DNA of 64,000 nucleotides from a virus (Duplodnaviria; Caudoviricetes): IMG/VR virus record IMGVR_UViG_2687453780_000005, positions 52,196 to 116,195 of that record; one strand, 5' to 3'. Shown piece by piece: positions 56,777 to 64,000 of this stretch (position 1 is its first letter; each line of letters starts with the position of its first letter). The notes under the pieces were generated by a model. It saw only the letters and a program-made list of their open reading frames with translations, ran no database searches and was not told where the DNA came from. The position numbers and the translations under genes were made by a program.

Positions 56777-57105
56777 AGGAGATTTCTATTAGATAAATGA
56801 AAGGATTAAAGAGTGAATAATTTTTAGATGATGGTAATGATTGATGATTTACACGCAGAATTAGAGAGAATTATAAAGAGAGACGGACACGGGAAGACAT
56901 GGATTCTGTGTGGCAGTGAAAATGTATCTGATAACAATGACAAAGTGATTGATCACATTGCAAGAAAACCAATCGGATTTGATGAAAGTAATAGTTTTTG
57001 CTATGTGTTATGTACAAAAGAAGCAGGTAAAGGCTGCATGAAATATACCCGTGAAAATTCACGTTGATATAGATATTACATAAATGAATGGAGGAGCTTT
57101 ATAGA

Positions 57106-60100
57106 TTGAAAATTATTAAAAGAGATGGTAGTAAGGTTGACTTTGACAAGAGTAAGATTAAGAAAGCAATTTTAAAAGCGTTTATTGATGTTGACGGAGA
57201 AGAAAGCCCTTATGCAAAAGAGAAGGCAAGAGATATTGCGAATTACATAGAATCCTTAAGTAAAGAAATGTCAGTAGAGAATATCCAGGATGTTGTTGAA
57301 GAAAAGCTCATGTCCAGCAACCGGAAAGATGTGGCAAGAGCATATATTCAGTATCGACTTAAAAGAAGTTTGATCAGAGAAAGTAACACTACCGATAAAA
57401 GCATTCTGGAGTTGCTTGATGGAAATAGCGAGTATTGGAATACGGAAAATTCAAATAAAAATGCCAGATTAAACACAACCATTAGAGATTATACGGCAGG
57501 GGTAGTAAGCAAGGATTTAACAGAAAGAATTTTGCTTCCAAAAGATATTGTTGAAGCTCATAATGCTGGAATTATTCATTTTCATGATGAAGATTACTAT
57601 ATGCAACGAATGCATAACTGTGATCTGGTGAATCTAGAAGATATGCTCCAAAACGGAACTGTGATATCTGAGACATTGATTGAGAAACCGCATAGTTTTT
57701 CTACGGCATGTAATATTGCAACGCAAATTATTGCACAGGTTGCAAGTTCGCAATATGGCGGTCAGAGTATTTCTCTTGCACATTTAGCACCTTTTGTTGA
57801 CATTAGTAGAAAGTCTATCAGGAATGATGTAATAAAAGAACGTACAGTTACCGGCGACGATTTAGATGAAGAGAAAATTAACACAACTGTCAAGATGAGA
57901 CTTGCTAAAGAGATAAAGAAGGGCATTCAAACTATTCAATATCAGGTAATCACGTTGATGACAACAAATGGACAGGCCCCATTTTTATCAGTCAATATGT
58001 ATCTTAACGAAGTTAAAGATAGTCAGACAAAGGAAGATCTGGCATTAATTATTGAGGAAGTATTGAAACAAAGATTGCAAGGTGTAAAAAATGAGGTGGG
58101 CGTATGGATAACGCCAGCATTTCCAAAGCTATTATATTTTCTTGAAGAAGATAATGTCTGTGAAAACAGCCCTTATTGGTATTTGACGGAATTGGCTGCA
58201 AAATGTACTGCAAAAAGAATGGTTCCAGACTACATATCTGAAAAAATTATGTTGAGAAATAAAATTGATAAGAATGGAAATGGAAATGCGTATCCATGCA
58301 TGGGCTGCGTAGAAAGTAATGAAATAATTACATACAAACACAAAGGTAAATTATATGTAGAATCTTTTAAAAGAATGTGGACGAGGCTTTCCGACAATTT
58401 CTGCGCAAAAAGACAGTTTGAAGATAGCGAGGACTATCTATATATAGACTTAGATGATGTGCAGATTTATGACACCGAAAAGGGTTTTGTAAATACGAAA
58501 AGAATTATTCGTAATAAAAGTGATAAGTGGGTGAATGTAAAATTATCACATGGCAGATCTCTTATATGCACCCCTGATCATCCATTCCATACAGAGAGGG
58601 GGAGAATAAGGGCTGATAGTTTAAAAAATACAGATACTGTTAATATTAATTCTTCTCAGTATTTTGAAGAATCGCAATTATTTGATGATGACAAGGCGTG
58701 GCTGTTAGGTTTTATTTTGTGTGACGGTTGTTATGACGGACATGTATCCTCATCTATTGCATTTGACAGCGAAAACGATATTGAAGCAGCTTATATAGAA
58801 AGAATGAAAAATTGTTTTGATTCTAAGGTGGAAGTTGTTGAAAGACATCGGGGGGTAAAAGGAAAATATAAAGACTTGTGTTCTATCGGCAACGTATCGG
58901 ATATAATTGATTATTTATCAATTAAATTCGAAGGGTTAACAAAATTGAGAAGACATATACCCAATGAAGTTTTTTCATGGAATTATACTGCCAAACTAAG
59001 CTTTCTAGCAGGAATGGTCGACGCCGATGGATACATTAATCCGACCACTCATAATGGCTCAGTAGTACAGATAGGCTCTACAAATAAAGAGCTTGCTTTG
59101 CAGCAAGCGGCGTTAGCGAGAGCACTTGGTATGCCAGCAGCGGTATACCAAAATCATTATTCAAAGAAAAATCCTAATGCAATCAGATATAGAGTAGAAT
59201 TCGCCCCGTCCGAAGAATTGCTCACATATATCGTATCAAATAAAAAAGTTGATAATTACATAGAAAATGGCACTGATTATCATTTTTATAAGTCAAAGGT
59301 AAATAGTGTAGAAATAATTAATGGTATGTCAGACTATAGTTATGATGTTACTACAGACAGTGATCACTTTGAGGTTAGCGGTATTTATAGTCACAATTGT
59401 AGAAGCTTCTTAACTCCATATGTTGATGAAAATGGAAATCCGAAATACTATGGTAGATTTAATCAGGGCGTTGTAACTATTTCGCTTCCGGATATCGCAT
59501 TGTCATCAAATGGTGATGTTGAAACATTCTGGACGATTTTTGAGGAGAGAATGGAATTGTGCCACAAAGCATTGCGATGTAGACATGAAAGATTAATGGG
59601 TACAACGTCAGATGTTGCACCAATACTATGGCAAAATGGTGCGTTAGCCAGGCTTAATAAGGGAGAAAAAATAGATAAATTGCTCTACGGAGGATATTCG
59701 ACTTTATCACTTGGGTACGGTGGATTATATGAATGCGTAAAATTCATGACCGAACATTCTCATACTGATAATGGAATTGGCAAGGAATTCGGATTAGAAG
59801 TAATGAGAGCACTTAATCAGAAATGTAATCAATGGAAAGCCGAAGAGGACATTGATTATAGCATCTACGGTTCTCCGATTGAATCTACTACATATAAATT
59901 TGCTAAATGTCTTAAAAAGAGATTTGGCATCATTGAAGGAATCACCGATCGTGATTACATAACAAATTCATATCATGTTCCAGTATTTGAAGCAATTGAC
60001 CCATTTGAAAAGTTGGCATTAGAAAGTGAATTTCAGGCATTAAGTCCAGGAGGAGCAATTAGCTATATCGAATGCGCTGATCTAACAAATAACACACAAG

Positions 60101-60399
60101 CCGTTCTGGAAGTTATGAAATTTATTTATGATCACATTATGTATGCAGAATTAAATACAAAGAGTGATTATTGTCAGGTTTGTGGTTACAATGGAGAAAT
60201 AAAAATAGTAGATATCGATGGTAGCTTAGATTGGGAGTGTCCTAATTGTGGAAATCGCGACCACTCTAAAATGAATGTATCAAGACGTACCTGTGGATAC
60301 ATTGGAACAAACTTCTGGAATCCTGGACGCACAGATGAGATGAGATCGAGATATGTTCATCTTGACGATCACGAATTAAAAGAAGGTGATTGCAATTAG
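57106..60399 (+). CDS. nrdD: Anaerobic (class III) ribonucleotide reductase with ATP cone and intein
   Basis: IIKRDG ATP cone (TTG start after GGAGG), HFHD, HNC, MG/CRSFL, GRFNQG, CQVCG, CPNCG, RRTCGYIG glycyl-radical motif. Confidence 0.95.
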   Translation: MKIIKRDGSKVDFDKSKIKKAILKAFIDVDGEESPYAKEKARDIANYIESLSKEMSVENIQDVVEEKLMSSNRKDVARAYIQYRLKRSLIRESNTTDKSILELLDGNSEYWNTENSNKNARLNTTIRDYTAGVVSKDLTERILLPKDIVEAHNAGIIHFHDEDYYMQRMHNCDLVNLEDMLQNGTVISETLIEKPHSFSTACNIATQIIAQVASSQYGGQSISLAHLAPFVDISRKSIRNDVIKERTVTGDDLDEEKINTTVKMRLAKEIKKGIQTIQYQVITLMTTNGQAPFLSVNMYLNEVKDSQTKEDLALIIEEVLKQRLQGVKNEVGVWITPAFPKLLYFLEEDNVCENSPYWYLTELAAKCTAKRMVPDYISEKIMLRNKIDKNGNGNAYPCMGCVESNEIITYKHKGKLYVESFKRMWTRLSDNFCAKRQFEDSEDYLYIDLDDVQIYDTEKGFVNTKRIIRNKSDKWVNVKLSHGRSLICTPDHPFHTERGRIRADSLKNTDTVNINSSQYFEESQLFDDDKAWLLGFILCDGCYDGHVSSSIAFDSENDIEAAYIERMKNCFDSKVEVVERHRGVKGKYKDLCSIGNVSDIIDYLSIKFEGLTKLRRHIPNEVFSWNYTAKLSFLAGMVDADGYINPTTHNGSVVQIGSTNKELALQQAALARALGMPAAVYQNHYSKKNPNAIRYRVEFAPSEELLTYIVSNKKVDNYIENGTDYHFYKSKVNSVEIINGMSDYSYDVTTDSDHFEVSGIYSHNCRSFLTPYVDENGNPKYYGRFNQGVVTISLPDIALSSNGDVETFWTIFEERMELCHKALRCRHERLMGTTSDVAPILWQNGALARLNKGEKIDKLLYGGYSTLSLGYGGLYECVKFMTEHSHTDNGIGKEFGLEVMRALNQKCNQWKAEEDIDYSIYGSPIESTTYKFAKCLKKRFGIIEGITDRDYITNSYHVPVFEAIDPFEKLALESEFQALSPGGAISYIECADLTNNTQAVLEVMKFIYDHIMYAELNTKSDYCQVCGYNGEIKIVDIDGSLDWECPNCGNRDHSKMNVSRRTCGYIGTNFWNPGRTDEMRSRYVHLDDHELKEGDCN
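58306..59397 (+). mobile_element. Intein (364 aa) with LAGLIDADG homing endonuclease inside nrdD
   Basis: Starts CVESNE after MG; block B CTPDHPF; LLGFILCDG and FLAGMVDADG; ends YSHN followed by +1 Cys. Confidence 0.93.
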
Positions 60400-60940
60400 A
60401 TATGCAAGCATAAGGCCACTAGATATCAGCAACGGAGAGGGAGTAGGTGTTTCTCTCTTCGTGCAAGGTTGTCATTTTCATTGTGAAAATTGCTTCAATC
60501 AGTCTACATGGGATTTTAATGGTGGCAAAGAATGGACTGAAGACAATGAGAACAAATTCTTTAAATTAATAGACAGACCACATATAAAGCGTGTGAGTAT
60601 CCTCGGAGGCGAACCATTGGCTGATGAAAACACGTCGGAAGTCCTAAAAATTTGCAAGCAAATTCGTCTTTTATTTGGAAACACAAAAACAATATGGCTA
60701 TATACGGGCTACTCTTGGAATGAAGTCTTTGATAAAGTCGGCTGTATTTACCAACAAAATTTTAGTACTGATAAAATTATAAGAAGAGAAATAATAAAAC
60801 ATTGTGATGTATTAGTTGATGGTAGATACTTAGATGAATTAAAAGACCAGTCTTATCCATATGCAGGTAGCACCAATCAAAGAGTTATTGACGTAACGAA
60901 ATCATTACAGAGGAGCCAGATAGTTTTATGGAACAAGTAG
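60386..60940 (+). CDS. nrdG: Anaerobic RNR activating protein (radical SAM)
   Basis: NGEGVGVSLFVQGCHFHCENCFN, ILGGEP, LVDGRY, GSTNQRVID. Confidence 0.95.
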   Translation: MIAIRYASIRPLDISNGEGVGVSLFVQGCHFHCENCFNQSTWDFNGGKEWTEDNENKFFKLIDRPHIKRVSILGGEPLADENTSEVLKICKQIRLLFGNTKTIWLYTGYSWNEVFDKVGCIYQQNFSTDKIIRREIIKHCDVLVDGRYLDELKDQSYPYAGSTNQRVIDVTKSLQRSQIVLWNK

Positions 60941-61256
60941 ACACTAATCTTTTAGAACAAGCAAAAAGATACTTTAATGATGAAATATATCAAATTAATA
61001 TTATGCTTGGAGGTAGACTGTATGATGACTACAAAGAATTTATTCTAAACAAAAAAGAATATTATCGAATCGCTAGTGAATTAATAGAAAGGCTGCTATA
61101 TGAAGACGACAAGTGAATGTAGTAAATGTAAGCATTGCGAAATTGATGATTCAGATAAGAAAAAGTGGATTATCACTTGTAAACTGACTGATAAGAAATA
61201 CGTGTATGGACAAAAAATTCCATGTGATGAAAAGATTGAACGATAAGGAGAATTTA

Positions 61257-61850
61257 ATGACGGTAAACGATAACAAGTTGTTGTGGGCAAAAGTTAAACC
61301 GGATGCAATTATTCCAACAAAGAGAACTGAAGATGCTGGATATGATATTTATCCTTGCTTTGAAGAAGATTATATTATAGTTCCCACTCATGAAACGAGA
61401 TTAATTCCAACAGGAATTGCGAGTGCGTTTTCAAATGATTATGTTGCCGTATTAAAAGAGAGGGGGTCTACGGGGACAAAAGGAATCGCTCAGAGATGCG
61501 GAATTTTAGATTCAGGGTTCCGCAATGAGTGGTTTGTGCCTATTACAAATGCCTCCAATAGAGAGTTGATTATTTCAAAACTTTCAATTGCTGAGTTAAT
61601 TAATAAATATTCTATGTCAGATGATGAAGGAGATAAATATATTCTTGATGGAAAGGTGAGGGTTTATTTGGATTTTGGAGAATTTACCGAAGAAGAGGAT
61701 CTTCCAACTATCTATTCATATTCTAAAGCAATTTGTCAGGCGCTAATTTTACCAGTTCCAAAGATGAACTCAAAAGAAATCTCATATGAGGAATTAAAAT
61801 CAGTTACCAGCGAACGAGGTATGGGAATGCTTGGTAGCAGCAACAAATAA
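61257..61850 (+). CDS. dut: Trimeric dUTPase with an internal insertion
   Basis: AGYDI, IPTGI, ERGS, GILDSGFR, ERGMGMLGSS; ATG 61257 after AAGGAG. Confidence 0.9.
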   Translation: MTVNDNKLLWAKVKPDAIIPTKRTEDAGYDIYPCFEEDYIIVPTHETRLIPTGIASAFSNDYVAVLKERGSTGTKGIAQRCGILDSGFRNEWFVPITNASNRELIISKLSIAELINKYSMSDDEGDKYILDGKVRVYLDFGEFTEEEDLPTIYSYSKAICQALILPVPKMNSKEISYEELKSVTSERGMGMLGSSNK

Positions 61851-61947
61851 TCAGCAAACGTCTATGGTTGCAAACATAGGCTTTACATAAATTAATAAAA
61901 ACTATAGGATACCGGTATCCTTCAAATCAAAAATTTGGAGGATTGTA

Positions 61948-62634
61948 ATGAGAAAATTAATAACAGTAGGCATGACATCATTCTGTCTAGCCTTTACGAT
62001 GCCCATGGTAACATGGGCGAATAATATAGGTGAAACCGTTACCACGGCACAGTTTGAGAAAGTATTACCTTATGTAACAGATATGACACCTAAATACACG
62101 GCAGGAAATGTGAACATTCGTAAAGAACCGAATATCAACTCAGAAGTTTATGGACAAACAATACTTAATGGAACGGTAGATGTGGTGGTCGAACTTGGTG
62201 GTTGGAGCATGATATTTGCTGAAGATGCCGAAGATAATTTCGCGTACATAAATTCAGAATATCTGTCTGACGCGGAGATTACATATTCTCAGGAAGATTT
62301 ATTAGTATTTGCAAAGACTGCTTGTGGAGAAGCACAGTCATGTGACGATCAAGAACAAAGATATGTACTATCAGTATTAAAGAATAGGATTAATCATAAG
62401 GATTATCCGAATACAGCTATTGAGGTCGCAAAGGATAAAAGATGGGGAATACAGTATTTGTCTTGGTATGACGGAAATGTAGAAAGGGAGATACAGCAGA
62501 GCAACTGGGATAATGCAAGATATATCTTGCAATATGGTAGTATGTTACCTGATTATGTGATTGGGCAATCTCAGTCAGTGCCAAAAGGAAAAACATTGTA
62601 TTTAAAAACAAAGTATCATTGTTATTGGTATTAA
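61948..62634 (+). CDS. Secreted SH3-domain plus SleB/Hydrolase_2-like cell-wall hydrolase
   Basis: Signal peptide; NVNIRKEPN SH3b; KTACGEA...VLSVLKNRI...YPNT. Confidence 0.75.
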   Translation: MRKLITVGMTSFCLAFTMPMVTWANNIGETVTTAQFEKVLPYVTDMTPKYTAGNVNIRKEPNINSEVYGQTILNGTVDVVVELGGWSMIFAEDAEDNFAYINSEYLSDAEITYSQEDLLVFAKTACGEAQSCDDQEQRYVLSVLKNRINHKDYPNTAIEVAKDKRWGIQYLSWYDGNVEREIQQSNWDNARYILQYGSMLPDYVIGQSQSVPKGKTLYLKTKYHCYWY

Positions 62635-62641
62635 ATTATAT

Positions 62642-62663
62642 CCGTCCTTCGGGGCGGTATTTT
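62642..62663 (+). terminator. Intrinsic terminator with C(UUCG)G tetraloop
   Basis: CCGTCC-TTCG-GGGCGG followed by TATTTT. Confidence 0.65.
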
Positions 62664-62671
62664 CTTACAGA

Positions 62672-64000
62672 ATGGAGATGAAAGTATTTAACAAAGAAGT
62701 TAGTGATTCACAGTTGTTGAATTATTTATTGAAAAATAGTAATATAGATATCAACGATGTGCGAAACAGTATTGTTGATATGGAAAAACAAAAAATATTA
62801 GACTCTCACAAGTATGAAATTTGGCAAGGGAAGGACGGGTATTGGAGAACATATTTGCCGAAAGAGGGTAAAAGGGTATTAGTTAAGAAAAAAACATTGG
62901 AAAAAATTAATGAGAAAGTTGTCGAATTTTACCAACAAGAAGATGAAGGTAAAAACAGAGTCACTTTTAAAGTTGCATATGACAGTTGGTTACAATCCTA
63001 TTCCGTTAGATTCACAACTGAAAATACTCTAAATAAATATGCAACTGACTATGATAGATATTTTAAAAATACTGATTTTGAAGAATTAGACATAGCTAAA
63101 ATTAACGAAGAAGTAATCACCGAGTTTATAATTACAATAGTTAAACAAAAGAAATTATGTCAAAAGGCTTGTAAGACATTATGTGGCTATATTAGAAACA
63201 CTCTAAAAAGTGCAAAAATAAACAAATTAATTAATGATAATCCGTTTGACAATCTTGAAACCAAAAGTTTTTATCCCTATTGTACAAGAAAGATTAAAAC
63301 AATTGAGGAAAGAACTATATCAAATGAAGAATACAAGTTATTATATGAAAAGTTTGAAGAAGATCATTTGAAACAGCCAAATTATATCCCAACGTATGCT
63401 GTAGAATTTGCAAGTTTAACTGGATTTAGAGTTAGTGAAATTGCGGCTTTAAAGTGGAGTGATATACAAAATGGAATGATTGTAGTTAATAAATCGGAAA
63501 AATACGTTAGAGATAAGAAAGAGTATTTTATTGGTGAAACTAAAAATGGGAAAACAAGATATATGCCAATGACCGAAGAAATAACCAAACTTTTAATAAG
63601 GCTGAGAAGAGTTGAAGAAGAATACGGATATCTTGGTGAATTTATTTTTTCTAATGAAAACGGAAGAATACATGCTCCGATAATATCTGATTGTGCCAGA
63701 AACAAATGTATTCAAGTAGGGATTCCAAATAAGAGTATTCATGCCTATAGACGTACATTCTCATCTAAATTAAAATGTAATGGCATATCATCAACAATAG
63801 TAAGTTCGTTAATGGGACACACGGAAGATGTTAACGAGCAATACTATACTTATGATGTAAGCAGTATGCACGAAAAACAGGTATTCGTTCAGATGATTAC
63901 TAAAGAAATAGCTATGTCAAGATTTGAAAACAACTCTAATGAAAAGGTAATCAATAGTAATCAATATGATCCGACTCATATTATGCTTGAAACCCTTTAA
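62672..64000 (+). CDS. int: Tyrosine integrase, probably the prophage integrase
   Basis: Arm-binding-like N-terminus, SAM domain, GFRVSE, TKNGK, HAYRR, MGH, QYY. Confidence 0.9.
   Translation: MEMKVFNKEVSDSQLLNYLLKNSNIDINDVRNSIVDMEKQKILDSHKYEIWQGKDGYWRTYLPKEGKRVLVKKKTLEKINEKVVEFYQQEDEGKNRVTFKVAYDSWLQSYSVRFTTENTLNKYATDYDRYFKNTDFEELDIAKINEEVITEFIITIVKQKKLCQKACKTLCGYIRNTLKSAKINKLINDNPFDNLETKSFYPYCTRKIKTIEERTISNEEYKLLYEKFEEDHLKQPNYIPTYAVEFASLTGFRVSEIAALKWSDIQNGMIVVNKSEKYVRDKKEYFIGETKNGKTRYMPMTEEITKLLIRLRRVEEEYGYLGEFIFSNENGRIHAPIISDCARNKCIQVGIPNKSIHAYRRTFSSKLKCNGISSTIVSSLMGHTEDVNEQYYTYDVSSMHEKQVFVQMITKEIAMSRFENNSNEKVINSNQYDPTHIMLETL

Larger units (their letters stand above)
1..64000. mobile_element. 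Part of a large SPbeta-like temperate phage/prophage (early, replication and nucleotide-metabolism region) of a Clostridia-like host
   Basis: Dense co-oriented small ORFs, phage-type replisome, NrdDG, dUTPase, MrpR-like repressor, terminal tyrosine integrase; Firmicutes-type GGAGG RBS and sigma-A promoters; no host housekeeping context. Confidence 0.88.

Noticed and set aside
7923-56788. Junction palindromes as intrinsic terminators or classical attC sites
   Set aside because: 5-bp A-U stems are too weak and lack a following U-tract; no RYYYAAC/GTTRRRY boxes or long attC hairpins
9048-63705. Numerous 60-120 aa minus-strand ORFs inside long + strand genes
   Set aside because: Antisense shadows without RBS or motifs; only 31401..31607 and 34670..35200 have their own expression signals
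62672-64000. Attachment site next to the integrase
   Set aside because: The window ends at the integrase stop codon, so no att core or partner repeat can be seen

Overview
AT-rich segment of a large temperate Firmicutes (Clostridia/Lachnospiraceae-like) prophage with SPbeta-like organisation. No virion structural genes are visible. Left to right: leftward HTH/replication-initiator-like and ParB-like genes; a 1.6 kb repeat-rich non-coding region; a regulatory island (HTH genes, RelBE-type TA pair, a ~650 nt highly structured non-coding RNA candidate); a long array of small co-oriented ORFs (7.7-36.6 kb) containing an adenine MTase, a XerC/D-like recombinase, a MazF-like plus MrpR-like pair, a C5 MTase and a PAPS-reductase-family gene; a compact replication block (Sak-like annealase, SSB, DnaB, primase, PD-(D/E)XK nuclease, DnaE-type polymerase, ERCC4 nuclease, HD protein, LigA); tRNA-Gln; a second small-ORF array; nucleotide metabolism genes (gmk, nrdD with a LAGLIDADG intein, nrdG, dut); a cell-wall hydrolase; and a terminal tyrosine integrase. 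The most notable signal is a degenerate 16-bp inverted repeat, T(A/G)AAA-N6-TTT(T/C/G)A, at about 40 gene junctions of the small-ORF arrays. It often supplies the stop codon, brackets an inverted gene, and was not seen in the core replication block, suggesting an integron-like gene-cassette system in a phage (inference). Other signals: a -1 frameshift cassette that would add extra target-recognition modules to the C5 MTase, an operator flanking four sigma-A promoters, a TA module with an alternative terminator/antiterminator, and tandem NrdR boxes. All protein calls are from motif recognition by eye; no database searches were run.
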